Assembly (NCBI GenBank): GCA_934178475.1
Contig: CAKPQH010000003.1
Span: forward strand, 50,315 to 114,314
Direction of reading: 5' to 3'
Length of the DNA: 64,000 nucleotides
Source: an uncultured Clostridia bacterium
GTDB taxonomy: Bacteria; Bacillota; Clostridia; TANB77; CAG-508
The notes under the pieces were generated by a model. That model was not told the origin of the DNA. It saw nothing but the letters and a program-made list of their open reading frames with translations, and searched no databases. Below are positions 1-10,283 of this stretch, piece after piece. Both the position numbers and the translations under genes were made by a program. Within the stretch, counting starts at the first letter, position 1. Every line of letters starts with the position of its first letter.

Positions 1-15
1 AATGATTTTTTAGAT

Positions 16-486
16 GTGTATTATGATACTATGGATAGAAATAGTGCAGAAAAAGAATATTATTTTTCAAAAAATTTTTTTAAAACGCTTTTTGAAATGA
101 GTGAAAATGTAGTAATATTTAATGTTCTTTATGAAGAAAATATTATATCTACAGAATTGGTTTTATATGATAAAAATAATTGTTATTCATTTTTAGGTGG
201 AACGTTAAAGGAATATTACAGTTTAAGACCAAATGAATTTTTGAAGTTTGAAATTATGAAATGGGCATATGAAAAAAATATTTCTAAATTTATATTAGGT
301 GGAGGCTATACAAACTCGTTAGATGATGGAATTTTAAGATATAAAAAAAGTTTTTCACCAAATGATGAATTGGTAAGCTTTTATATTGGAAAAAAAGTTT
401 TTAATAAAGATACTTATGAAAAATTAGTTGAGTTAAGAAAAGGAGAAAATTTAGATGAAAACTTTTTCCCGAGATACAGAGCATAG
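16..486 (+). CDS. FemAB/Acetyltransf_6-like (BioF2-like GNAT-fold) protein, C-terminal part; the gene probably starts upstream of the window
   Basis: The ORF is open to the window edge. It has the GNAT-like C-terminal pattern (FLGG, KFILGGGYT, YKKSF) typical of FemAB-family proteins found in cell-envelope glycan loci. The assignment is from memory of the family, not a search. Confidence 0.35.
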   Translation: MYYDTMDRNSAEKEYYFSKNFFKTLFEMSENVVIFNVLYEENIISTELVLYDKNNCYSFLGGTLKEYYSLRPNEFLKFEIMKWAYEKNISKFILGGGYTNSLDDGILRYKKSFSPNDELVSFYIGKKVFNKDTYEKLVELRKGENLDENFFPRYRA

Positions 487-1589
487 AAAAGTTTTAATTG
501 TTGCAACTGTTATTGAACATATAATTGGTTTTCATATTCCTTATATAAAATTTTTAAAATTAAAAGGTTACGAAGTACATATTGCTTGCAATGGAAATAA
601 ACTAGTAAAAGATGTTGAAGTACAATATAATTTACCATTTACAAGAAACCCTTTTACAATTAACAATATTAAATCATATATAAAATTAAAGAAGATTATA
701 AATAAAGAAAATTTTGATATTATACATTGCAATACTCCTGTTCGGGGGTGTTCTTACAAGAATTGCAGCAAGAAAAAGTAAACATTCAAAGGTAATTTAT
801 ACTGCACATGGATTTCATTTTTATAAAGGAGCACCAAAAAGAAATTGGATTTTATATTATCCAATTGAAAAAATTTTAGCTAGAAATACAGATGTTTTAA
901 TAACGATAAATAATGAAGATTATAATATTGCTAAAAGAAAATTTAAGACGAAAAAGATATATAAATTTGATGGTGTGGGAGTAGATGAAAGTAAATTTAA
1001 TACTAAGGAAAAAATAAATAGAGAAGAGTATTTAAAAGAAATTTCTTTAAAGAAAAAAGATTATGTGTTTTTAAGTATAGGAGAATTGAACGAAAATAAA
1101 AATCAAATAATGCAACTTAATGCTATGAAGATTGTTGTAAAAAAGTGTCCTAATGCTAGATTATTAATAGCTGGAGATGGATGTTTAAAAAGTTTTTACT
1201 ATAATTATATATATGAAAATGATTTAGAAAATTGTGTTAGACTGCTTGGATATAGAAAAGATATTTCGAAAATCTTAAAATGTGTTGATTGTGTGATATC
1301 AACGAGTAAAAGAGAAGGATTACCTGTTAATTTAATTGAAGCAATGTTCTGTAATAAACCAATTATTGCAAGTAATATTAGAGGAAATATTGACTTAATA
1401 GATGATGAATCAGTTTTTTCTCTTGATGATGTAGATGAACTTGCTAAGAAGATGACTAATAATATTGAAGAAAACAAAATTATGCAAAATTATGATATTG
1501 AAAAATATAAAATAGAAAATATATTAAGAAAATATGAATTTATATATAATGAGTTTGAAAAAGAATATGAAAAAGGTTGTGAAGATTAA
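455..1589 (+). pseudogene. GT4-family glycosyltransferase split into two overlapping ORFs (455-781 and 714-1589) by a +1 frameshift at a G5 run (744-748)
   Basis: The first ORF ends ...FDIIHCNTPV then reads out of frame (RGCSYKNCSKKK*). The second ORF continues in the other frame with GGVLTRIAARKSKHSKVIYTAHGFHFYKGAP. Together they give a contiguous GT4 N-terminal domain. The C-terminal GT4 domain is present (EGLPVNLIEAMFCNKPIIAS). The shift lies in the run ttcgggggtg. Confidence 0.6.
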
Positions 1590-2773
1590 TGAAAAAAATT
1601 AATATTATACATCTTTTAGTATATATATATTTACTCTTAAAACCATTTTATATATTTCCTTCTGGTAGAATACAAATATCTGATTTGTTTATAATTATGG
1701 CATATTTCATTTTGGTTCTTATAACTTTAAAAAAAGAAAATATAAAAAAATACATAAATTATAAAATATATTTACTTAGTGTATTTGTTTTTTCTATTGT
1801 TGGAATAAGCGTTATATATAGTGTAATGTATTTTAGGTATGATTTCTTATTATCAGCATCTTTTTATATATTTGATTTTATGGGTGTTTATGTTTTGTAT
1901 TATTGCATAAAGGAAAAGAGTTTTGTGAGAAATATACGAAATATTTGTAGAATAAATATATTGTTTCAAGTTATTTTTTATTTAGTAGGATTAGGAACTT
2001 GGTATGGTACGGTTAGATATATGGGAACATTTAATGATCCTAATCAATTTGCTTTTTTTATATTTTCTAGTTTAACTGTAGTATATGTAATTGAGGATAA
2101 TTTAAAATTAAAAAAATCTATAATTTCATATATGATATCAATTTTTTTGGTTGTAGAATCTGGTTCTACAGGAATGCTTTTGGGAACTATGGTATTTGTT
2201 TTAGGAGTTGTTACATATAGAATTATAAAAATAGATATGAAAAAGTATATAAAACCTATGCTTGCAACTGTAAGTTTGATATTTGTTGGTATAGCTATAA
2301 TAATACTTACATTTAATAATATTAGTGAATATATATATAATTTCACAAAAGATAACATTATTATTAATCGAGTAAGAGAAAAATTATCAAGAGCAAATAA
2401 TACATCAGGTAATTTATTACAAGAGAGAGGTTATGATAAAATTATTAAATATCCATATAAGATGATTTTGGGAGCTGGTCATGGATATAATGAGAGGTAC
2501 AAAACATATCATACAGGAGAAATACATGCAACATTTCCAAGTATATTGTTTTATTATGGAATAGTTCCATTTATAATTTTAATTTTATGGATATGGAAAA
2601 ATATAAAATACGTACCGAAAAATATTATGATTGTTTATTTTTCATTACTTGTTGAAAGTATGACACTTTTAAATCAGAGGCAAATTTTATTTTGGGTATT
2701 AATAATGTTGGGAAGTTTATATAAGACAGGAGAAAAGGAAAATGAGATTTTCTGTAGTGATACCAGTGTTTAA
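1589..2773 (+). CDS. Polytopic membrane protein, Wzy-like O-antigen/capsule polymerase or ligase family
   Basis: It has about 10 predicted TM helices, a large loop, and sits between glycosyltransferases and a Wzx flippase. Its start is translationally coupled to the upstream gene (ATGA overlap). Confidence 0.45.
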   Translation: MKKINIIHLLVYIYLLLKPFYIFPSGRIQISDLFIIMAYFILVLITLKKENIKKYINYKIYLLSVFVFSIVGISVIYSVMYFRYDFLLSASFYIFDFMGVYVLYYCIKEKSFVRNIRNICRINILFQVIFYLVGLGTWYGTVRYMGTFNDPNQFAFFIFSSLTVVYVIEDNLKLKKSIISYMISIFLVVESGSTGMLLGTMVFVLGVVTYRIIKIDMKKYIKPMLATVSLIFVGIAIIILTFNNISEYIYNFTKDNIIINRVREKLSRANNTSGNLLQERGYDKIIKYPYKMILGAGHGYNERYKTYHTGEIHATFPSILFYYGIVPFIILILWIWKNIKYVPKNIMIVYFSLLVESMTLLNQRQILFWVLIMLGSLYKTGEKENEIFCSDTSV

Positions 2774-3761
2774 TTCTGAAAAATATATAGATAGATGTCT
2801 TAATAGTATAATAAATCAAACATATAAAAATATAGAGATAATTATAATAGATGATGGGTCAAGTGATAGATCATATGGAATTTGTGAAAAAAAATCTAAG
2901 AAAGATAAAAGAATAAAGTTAATAAAACAAGCAAATAAAGGTGTATCTTTTGCTAGAAATTTAGGTATTGAAGAATCTAAAGGAGATTTTATTGTTTTTG
3001 TAGATAGTGATGATTATTTAGAAGATACAGCTATAGAAGTTTGTAATAATAATATAAAAGATAATGATTTGTTAATATGTGAAATAGCATATATTGTTAA
3101 TGAGAAAAAAATATATATTCCATGTAAATTAAATGGAGAATATACAACAAAGACATTGTTAGAATCTCTAAATAATAGAAAAAACATAAAATTAGCTGAA
3201 AGAATTAATTCAGTATGTGGTAAAGTTTATAGGGCAGATATTATAAAGTTAAATCAAATTAGATTTGATGAATGTATTTCTATTGGAGAAGATTTACTTT
3301 TTAATATTTATTATTTGGAAAAAATAAAAAAAATTAAATGGATTGATTATGCAATTTATAATTATTACAAGAATAATATATATTCTTGTACAAATGATTA
3401 TAAAAAGAATAAGTTTATGGAATTAAATGAAGTTAGTAATAGTTATGAGAGATTGTTAGATACATTAGGTGATAAGAAATTATTTGATATTGTAAAATAT
3501 ATAAGAGTTAAAAATATATATTCTTGTATATTAGACTTGTTTCATGAAAAATGTGATTTAAAATTTAAAGAAAAGTTGAAGTATATAAAAAATATTAAAA
3601 ATATAACTAAGAGAAAAGTGGTAATAGGTAAAGGATTTGGATTTTTTTGTGGATCTATAATATATAGTTTTTTACCGGAATTTTTGTTACTTCTTATATG
3701 TAAAATTATATTTTTTTATAGAAGTTTTAGGTTGAATATTAGAAAAGGAGACATAGGTTGA
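2742..3761 (+). CDS. GT2-family glycosyltransferase
   Basis: N-terminal motifs match GT-A/GT2 proteins: VVIPVFNSEKYIDRCLNSIINQTY, IIIIDDGSSD and VDSDD (DXD). Confidence 0.75.
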   Translation: MRFSVVIPVFNSEKYIDRCLNSIINQTYKNIEIIIIDDGSSDRSYGICEKKSKKDKRIKLIKQANKGVSFARNLGIEESKGDFIVFVDSDDYLEDTAIEVCNNNIKDNDLLICEIAYIVNEKKIYIPCKLNGEYTTKTLLESLNNRKNIKLAERINSVCGKVYRADIIKLNQIRFDECISIGEDLLFNIYYLEKIKKIKWIDYAIYNYYKNNIYSCTNDYKKNKFMELNEVSNSYERLLDTLGDKKLFDIVKYIRVKNIYSCILDLFHEKCDLKFKEKLKYIKNIKNITKRKVVIGKGFGFFCGSIIYSFLPEFLLLLICKIIFFYRSFRLNIRKGDIG

Positions 3762-5305
3762 AAAAGATAAAAGAAATAGATCAAATTAAGATGGGTGCTG
3801 TTTTATCATATGTGATAATTTTTCTAAATATTATTGTGAGTTTGTTTTATACACCAATACTTATAAGGTGTCTTGGACAATCAGAATATGGACTGTATTC
3901 ACTTGTTTCATCAATTATTTCATATTTAACTATTTTAGATTTAGGTTTTGGAAATGCTATAATTTTATATACAACTAAATATAGGGTTAATAAACAAGAA
4001 GAAGCTGAAAATAAGTTACATGGAATGTTTTTCTTGATTTATATTTTTATTGGTATTGTTGCAGCATTATTAAGTATGATTTTATATTTTAATATAAATA
4101 AATTATTTTCTAACACAATAACTTATGATGAATTATCTAAATCGAAAGTATTAATAATTATACTTACAGTTAATTTAGCATTATCTTTTCCTTTATCTAT
4201 ATTTAGCTCTATAATTACAGCTTATGAAAAGTTCGTATTTTCTAAATTGGTAAATATAATAAGAATAATTTTAACACCAATAATAATGATACCATTACTT
4301 TTAAATGGATATAAATCTATAGCATTAACAATTGTTGTAACAATTTTAAATATATCGTCTTTGCTTATTAATTTGATTTATTGCATATGTAAATTAAATA
4401 TAAAATTTAATTTTGGTGGATTCAATTTTAAGTTATTAAGAGAGATTTCAGCTTTTTCAATATGGATTTTTTTAAATATTATAATAGATAAAATAAATTG
4501 GAACATAGACCAATATATATTAGGTGCTATAAATGGGACTATAGCTGTTTCTGTATATTCTATCGGTTCACAAATAAATATGTTATATTTAACTTTTTCA
4601 ACAGCAATAAGTAGTGTTTTATTTCCAAAAACTATTAAAATGGAGGAAGAAAATGTATCTGCAAGTGAATTTACAAAAATTTTTATTTATGTAGGAAGGA
4701 TACAATTTATCATTTTAGGAATTATTTTAACTGGATTTATATTATTTGGAAAAGTGTTTATGAAAATATGGGCAGGAGAAGAATATATAAATTCTTATTA
4801 TGTTGCTTGTATATTGATGATTCCAATGACAATTCCTCTTATCCAATCATTAGGGTTAAATATTTTACAAGCAAAAAATAAAAATAAATTTAGAACTTTA
4901 GTATTTCTTGGGATTTCTATTTTGAATATTTTGATAAGTGTTCCACTTGCAAAAAAATATTCTGAAATAGGATGTAGTATTGGGACTTCAATTGCTGTTG
5001 TTTTAGGTCAGGTTATAGTTCTTAATTTTTATTATCATAAAGCGATACATATTAATATTATTTTATTTTGGAAGAGAATTTTGAAAACTTTTATTTCTAT
5101 ATTGTTATCTTTCTTAGTTGGAATAGTTTATGTCTGTATATTTAATATAAATAATATTTATATTTTAATTCTAGGGATATTTTTATATGCAGTTGTGTAT
5201 GTATGTTTTATATGGATATTTGAGATAGATAAAAATGAAAAAGAGAAACTTAAGCAAATTTTCAATAAGCTACATAATGAAGAAAAGATTGATGAAAGTT
5301 ATTGA
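3758..5305 (+). CDS. Wzx-type polysaccharide flippase (MOP/PST family)
   Basis: 515 aa with about 12-14 TM helices and PST-family organisation. It overlaps the GT2 gene by 4 nt. Confidence 0.7.
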   Translation: MKKIKEIDQIKMGAVLSYVIIFLNIIVSLFYTPILIRCLGQSEYGLYSLVSSIISYLTILDLGFGNAIILYTTKYRVNKQEEAENKLHGMFFLIYIFIGIVAALLSMILYFNINKLFSNTITYDELSKSKVLIIILTVNLALSFPLSIFSSIITAYEKFVFSKLVNIIRIILTPIIMIPLLLNGYKSIALTIVVTILNISSLLINLIYCICKLNIKFNFGGFNFKLLREISAFSIWIFLNIIIDKINWNIDQYILGAINGTIAVSVYSIGSQINMLYLTFSTAISSVLFPKTIKMEEENVSASEFTKIFIYVGRIQFIILGIILTGFILFGKVFMKIWAGEEYINSYYVACILMIPMTIPLIQSLGLNILQAKNKNKFRTLVFLGISILNILISVPLAKKYSEIGCSIGTSIAVVLGQVIVLNFYYHKAIHINIILFWKRILKTFISILLSFLVGIVYVCIFNINNIYILILGIFLYAVVYVCFIWIFEIDKNEKEKLKQIFNKLHNEEKIDESY

Positions 5306-6609
5306 AAGGAGAGCTTATGGAAGGATTAGATTTAAGAGAATTATTAGATGTTTTTATAACTAAAAAAAGACAAATTGCTGCTATATTGTTAATATTTATA
5401 TTGTGCGGCATTGTATATTCTTTTTTGATTTTAAAACCAAGATATAAATCAAAAGTATCTTTAGTATTAGGAAGGATACAGACAAGTGATGGTAGTTTAA
5501 TTACTGAAAAAGAGATAAGTATAAACCAAAGTTTGATTTCTACATATATTGAATTATTAAATAGTGATGCTATTTTAGATGAAGTGAAGAAAAATTTGAA
5601 TTTAGATCAAAAAACAGAAAAATTGAGAAAAAGTATAGAAATAAAAACAGAAGAAAATACAGAATTTATATCTATAGAAGTTTCAAATTATAGTCCTGTT
5701 TATGCTGGAATTATAGCAAATGAAATGGCTAAAGTTTTTATTGCAAAGGTTGAAAATATATATAATATTGATAATATATGTATTGTGGAGAATGCAAAGA
5801 TTTCTAATGAACCATATAACATTAAGCATTTAAGAGATATTAGTGTTTCTTTTCTGGTTGGTGTGGTTGTTATAGTAATGTATACTATTATTTTTGATTT
5901 ATTAGATAGTTCAGTAAGAAATTCGATTGATGTGGAAGAAAAATTAAAGTTAAAGCTTTTACAAATTATTCCAAGAAAGAATAAAAAAGATAAACAAAAT
6001 GATGAAATAAGGGATAGTTTGCATAATTTGAGAAATAAGATTAATTATTTTGAATCTTATTCTAATCAAAATAAAACAATTTTAATTACAGCTACTGAGA
6101 ATTTAAAATCTAAGACTTGGCTAACTTTAAATTTGGCTATAGTTTTCTCAGAAATTGGTGAAAGAGTTTTGATTATTGATGGTGATTTAAAAAGATCTAA
6201 TATGAGTAAAATTATGAAAAATGAAGAAAAAGGTTTAAAAGATATTTTAGAAACGAATTATTTCGAGAATATAGATGTGAATAAGTATATTTATCCTACA
6301 GAATACAGTAATGTATATTTGATGCCATGTGGAATAAGTTATGATGGTGAAATAGGATTAATTAATAATCTAAGGGAAGAATTTATTGAAAGACTAAAAG
6401 AAAACTATGATTTTGTTATATTCGATGGAGGGATATTAGGGAAAACAATGGATACAGCTATAATTTCAAGAGTGGTTGATGGCACAATTATATTAACTAA
6501 TTATGGAAAAACTAAAATAAAAAATTTAGGAAGTGTGAAAAATGATATTTTAAGTATGGGAGGAAATATTATGGGGGTTGTATTAGATGATGTTCCAAAT
6601 ATAAAGTAG
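5302..6609 (+). CDS. Wzz/CpsC-like chain-length determinant fused to a CpsD/BY-kinase-like domain with a degenerate Walker A motif
   Basis: An N-terminal TM helix and Wzz-like periplasmic segment are followed by a second TM helix. The C-terminal domain resembles BY-kinases (VLIIDGDLKR, DFVIFDGGIL). The P-loop position reads TATENLKSKTW instead of GxxGxGKS/T. There is no C-terminal Tyr cluster. Confidence 0.5.
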   Translation: MKGELMEGLDLRELLDVFITKKRQIAAILLIFILCGIVYSFLILKPRYKSKVSLVLGRIQTSDGSLITEKEISINQSLISTYIELLNSDAILDEVKKNLNLDQKTEKLRKSIEIKTEENTEFISIEVSNYSPVYAGIIANEMAKVFIAKVENIYNIDNICIVENAKISNEPYNIKHLRDISVSFLVGVVVIVMYTIIFDLLDSSVRNSIDVEEKLKLKLLQIIPRKNKKDKQNDEIRDSLHNLRNKINYFESYSNQNKTILITATENLKSKTWLTLNLAIVFSEIGERVLIIDGDLKRSNMSKIMKNEEKGLKDILETNYFENIDVNKYIYPTEYSNVYLMPCGISYDGEIGLINNLREEFIERLKENYDFVIFDGGILGKTMDTAIISRVVDGTIILTNYGKTKIKNLGSVKNDILSMGGNIMGVVLDDVPNIK

Positions 6610-6657
6610 CAATTATGCAAATATGAAAATATAATATATTGTAAAGGTGGTGAGTTT

Positions 6658-7104
6658 ATGACGTGTTGTAAACCTGAAAAGGAGTATAAAGGTGGATGCT
6701 TAATAGAAGTAATAATAAGCATTATAATTGGAGTTATATTTGGAATTTTATTTTCTAATGGTTTAATTCCAGTTGCACTAAATTTTATAAAAATTGCATT
6801 AGTAATGTCTGCTATTGGAATGGTAATACTTGGAGCAACTTTGTTTGCTGCAAATTTTATTAGAGGACGTAACGAATTTAGAAAATGTTTTTGCAGAATT
6901 AATATATGTTTATTGATATCAACTATAGGAACATTTTTAGCTGGAACTGCGGCTGCAACTATAGGATTAACTATAACTTCAACAATATCAGTTTTAGCTG
7001 TTGCTTTAACAATGTTTTTCTTTATATGGTTAGTTTTATTAGTAATATCATTATTTTTATGTTTAATTAGAGAAACTTGTACAAATAAACATGAGGAGTG
7101 TTAG
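6658..7104 (+). CDS. Small Cys-rich polytopic membrane protein, function unknown
   Basis: 148 aa with 4 predicted TM helices and Cys clusters at both termini (MTCCKPE..., ...CLIRETCTNKHEEC). It has an RBS-like aaggtggtgag upstream. Confidence 0.3.
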   Translation: MTCCKPEKEYKGGCLIEVIISIIIGVIFGILFSNGLIPVALNFIKIALVMSAIGMVILGATLFAANFIRGRNEFRKCFCRINICLLISTIGTFLAGTAAATIGLTITSTISVLAVALTMFFFIWLVLLVISLFLCLIRETCTNKHEEC

Positions 7105-7308
7105 TATAGGTTATTTAGGCTGGCTCTTTTGGGGCCAGTTTTTAGTTTTTTTATCTTGACAATTCTAATGAATAGTGTTACTATTTATTGCGTTATGTTT
7201 TTGTCAAAAAGATTATAAAAAGATTATAGTTTTGTTTCATGTCTAGGCGATTCGCCTAAAAAATCAACATATAGGAAAATTTGATTATAAATTAATTTAA
7301 GCATATTA

Positions 7309-8178
7309 TTGAGGAGGAAATTAAATATAGATAAGAATCACAAAAATTTAGAAATAACGAATGATTATGTATTCAAAAGGTTATTTGGATACAAAGGAAA
7401 TGAAGAAATAACAAAAGGATTAATAAATGAAATATTAGAGGAAAAAGTAGAAGAATTAGATTTAAAAGAAAGTCCAATATTAGAAAAAGATTTACATGAT
7501 GATAAAGTAGGAATATTAGATATAAGAGCAAGATTGGATAATAAGAGAATATGTAATATAGAGATGCAAGTAATAAAATATAATAATATAGAAGAAAGAA
7601 TACTGTATTATTGGAGTAAATTATATGCAGGAGAAATAAAAGAAGGAGAAGATTATAAAAAGTTAAATAAAACAATAATAATATTGATAGCAGATTTTAT
7701 ATTAGATAGAACAAAAGGTATACCAAAGGTTCATACTGAATGGAAAATAAGAGAAACAGAATATTCAAAAATAGTATTGACAAATATATTTGAAGTTCAT
7801 ATAATAGAATTACCTAAAGTAAAAAAGATAAATAAAAAAGGAGAAGAAAAAGACAAACTAACAGTGTGGTTACGATTCATAAAATCTCCAGAAAGTATAG
7901 GTAAAGAAGAAATGGAAAATAAAGAGATAAAAAAAGCGAAAGTAGAATATGATAAAATAAATCAAGATGAGAGAGAAAGAGAACTTGCAGAACTAAGATT
8001 AAAATATATTAGAGATCAAAATGCTATAAGAGATTATGGGTATGATAGAGGGAAAGAAGAAGGAATAAAAAATGAAAAAATAAATATTGCAAAAGCTATG
8101 TTAAAAGATAATATACCTTTAAAGCAAATAATAAAGTTTACAGGATTATCAAAAGAAGAAATTGAAAGTTTAAAATAA
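7309..8178 (+). mobile_element. Rpn/YhgA-like (Transposase_31, PD-(D/E)XK) recombination-promoting nuclease or putative transposase gene
   Basis: The N-terminus (DYVFKRLFG...NEILE...LDIRARL) and overall Lys/Glu-rich 289 aa architecture fit Rpn-family proteins, which are common in Clostridia. The gene is flanked by short GC hairpins at 7121-7145 and 8203-8232. The assignment is by recall. Confidence 0.55.
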
Positions 8179-8310
8179 GTTAATTAAATGTATTTATGAT
8201 TTTAAAAGCTAGCTTTTTAAGCTGGCTTTTAAATGTTTTAGTAGAAAGTTGATTTATGTATTAGTGATATGTTATAGTTGATTTTGAAGGGGAAAATATA
8301 AATAAAAAAG

Positions 8311-9237
8311 GTGATTTGTTTGAAAAATAATGAATTAAAAGGATTGATTGAAAAACTAAAAATGTGTGATAACAAAGAAGAAAAAGAAAATATTTTTGAA
8401 GAAATGTATTTAAATATAAAGAAAACTGTTTATAAAATAGCATATGGAATATTAAAAAATAATGAAGATTCAGAAGATGTTATGCAAAAGGTATTTATTA
8501 AAATTTATTCATTAGACAAAGAAAGATTGCCAAAAGATAATGAGTTTAGCTGGCTTTATACAGTAACTAAGAATGAGTCAATTGCATTTGCTAAGAAAAA
8601 GAATGAATATATTGATATAGATAAGATTTATGAAATAGAAGATAAAAATGATGGAATAAATGAGTTGATTGAAATAGAGCGTTTTAATAAAATAATATAT
8701 AAACTAAATGAGTTAGATAAGCAGATAGTATCTCTAAAGATTTTATCAGAATTTTCTTTTGAAGAGATTTCAAGATTGCTTAATAAACCTACATCTACTA
8801 TTAAATGGAGATATTATAAAGCTTTATATAATATTGAACTTATATTGAGTAATTTAAGTTTATTTATAATTACATTTGTTTTTGGAAGCAAGATGGCATT
8901 TAAGAAATATATTAAAGAAAAAACAACTGAAAATAAAAATGAGAATAAAGATGAAAATATTTCTAAAAATGAAATAGAAAATAATGACATAGATAGTTTA
9001 AATCAGGAAAAAAATGTTAAAGAAGAAACTAAAAAATTTGAAGAACTTTCAGATACTGATAGTGCTATAAATAATGAAAACAATCTAGATATAAAAGAAG
9101 AAATGCCTATTGAAAGTAATGTACAAAATGTAAATTATAACTTAGAAATAAGTTTTGTTGGGATTTCTATGATTTTTTTTATTATAGCAATAGTTTTTAT
9201 AAAAAAAGGTGGGGTAAAAAATAAAAAAATAAAATAA
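8311..9237 (+). CDS. ECF-type sigma-70 family sigma factor with a C-terminal extension containing two TM helices and a low-complexity Asn/Glu/Lys-rich extracytoplasmic segment
   Basis: Region 2 (VMQKVFIKIYS...FSWLYTVTKNESIAFAKKK) and region 4 (LDKQIVSLKILSEFSFEEISRLLNKPTSTIKWRYYKAL) are recognisable. Hydrophobic helices follow at LSLFIITFVFG and ISFVGISMIFFIIAIVFI. Confidence 0.6.
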   Translation: MICLKNNELKGLIEKLKMCDNKEEKENIFEEMYLNIKKTVYKIAYGILKNNEDSEDVMQKVFIKIYSLDKERLPKDNEFSWLYTVTKNESIAFAKKKNEYIDIDKIYEIEDKNDGINELIEIERFNKIIYKLNELDKQIVSLKILSEFSFEEISRLLNKPTSTIKWRYYKALYNIELILSNLSLFIITFVFGSKMAFKKYIKEKTTENKNENKDENISKNEIENNDIDSLNQEKNVKEETKKFEELSDTDSAINNENNLDIKEEMPIESNVQNVNYNLEISFVGISMIFFIIAIVFIKKGGVKNKKIK

Positions 9238-9305
9238 TTAAAAAAATACCAACTAAAATAGATAAAAAAATCATCTAAATATATAGAAGGGAAAAAGGTG
9301 ATAAT

Positions 9306-10280
9306 ATGAATAAAGTTTTGAAAGTTATAGTAATAATCATGGTTTTGGTATTTGTTGCAATTGGAGTGATGTTAGTCTATAGTAAGAATGATTTAAAAAG
9401 AACATTTGATAAAAACGATAATGTGGATGTTGTTCAAAATAATGAAATTCAAGAAAGCAGTGATGATGAGAATATAACAAAAATAGAGGAGTTGCCTGAA
9501 AAATATAGTTTTATACAAGCTATTAAAGATAAGTGTGTGGTTTCTGGGTATAAAAAGATGTATAACAAAGATGTTTTAGATAAATTTGTAGAGAATGTAA
9601 ATAACGGAAAAAAGGGATTTATGAGACTTATTAGTTATACAATAGAGGGTGATATGATTATAACAGATATTGATTTTGATGGAAAAATCTTTAAGGTCTG
9701 TTTCGACTGGACAAGAGATGAATATTCAAGTAAAGAAGATAGAATTTATAAATATTGTAAATATGAGAAATTTGAAGAAGAAAGAACAGAAACAGGAACT
9801 TACTATTATGTGGATTCACCATTAGATGGAGATCTAGGAAAAAGGGATATTGTTGGATGTGAGAATAATATAGAATTTATAAATGATTATAAATTTAATT
9901 ATATATTAAGTGTAAAATATGACCAGAATCAAGAAAAAAATTTAGAGAAAATAACTACAGATGAATTTAATAATAAATATAATTATGATGTGTTTTATTA
10001 TGGTATAGATAGTGCTGAAATTACAGTGGATAATGAAAAAATGAATTTAAATGAAGCTTTAAATCAGGAAAAGGTTTCGATGGGAAAAGTTATTGAGCAA
10101 GCAGAAAAAGATAGTGAATCTGGTATTATAGTGAGTGATACGTATAAAGAAGGTGGAAGTATGATTTACTTTTATGATACATATACAATTATAAAAAAAC
10201 ATTCTTTAGATGGAAACAGAGATGTATATATTGGTGATCCAGAGATGAGATTAGAATCAATAGGAAAGGAGAAGAATTAG
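9306..10280 (+). CDS. N-terminally membrane-anchored extracytoplasmic protein, possibly DUF4362-like
   Basis: There is a signal-anchor (VIVIIMVLVFVAIGVMLV). The motif FVENVNNGKKGFMRLISYTIEGDMIITDIDFDGKIFKV resembles what I recall of DUF4362. This is a memory-only assignment. Confidence 0.3.
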   Translation: MNKVLKVIVIIMVLVFVAIGVMLVYSKNDLKRTFDKNDNVDVVQNNEIQESSDDENITKIEELPEKYSFIQAIKDKCVVSGYKKMYNKDVLDKFVENVNNGKKGFMRLISYTIEGDMIITDIDFDGKIFKVCFDWTRDEYSSKEDRIYKYCKYEKFEEERTETGTYYYVDSPLDGDLGKRDIVGCENNIEFINDYKFNYILSVKYDQNQEKNLEKITTDEFNNKYNYDVFYYGIDSAEITVDNEKMNLNEALNQEKVSMGKVIEQAEKDSESGIIVSDTYKEGGSMIYFYDTYTIIKKHSLDGNRDVYIGDPEMRLESIGKEKN

Positions 10281-10283
10281 TAA

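Noticed and set aside
1205-1477. Reverse-strand and internal ORFs from the track: 1205-1477(-), 2044-2358(-), 2625-2819(-), 6501-6722(-), 7373-7675(-), 13552-13785(-), 16126-16389(-), 19555-20114(-), 25795-26500(-), 34685-35341(-), 36755-37476(-), 39517-39902(-), 56193-56561(-), 58377-58649(-), 60700-61506(-) and others
   Set aside because: All lie antisense inside well-supported genes and have low-complexity, hydrophobic translations typical of AT-rich antisense frames.
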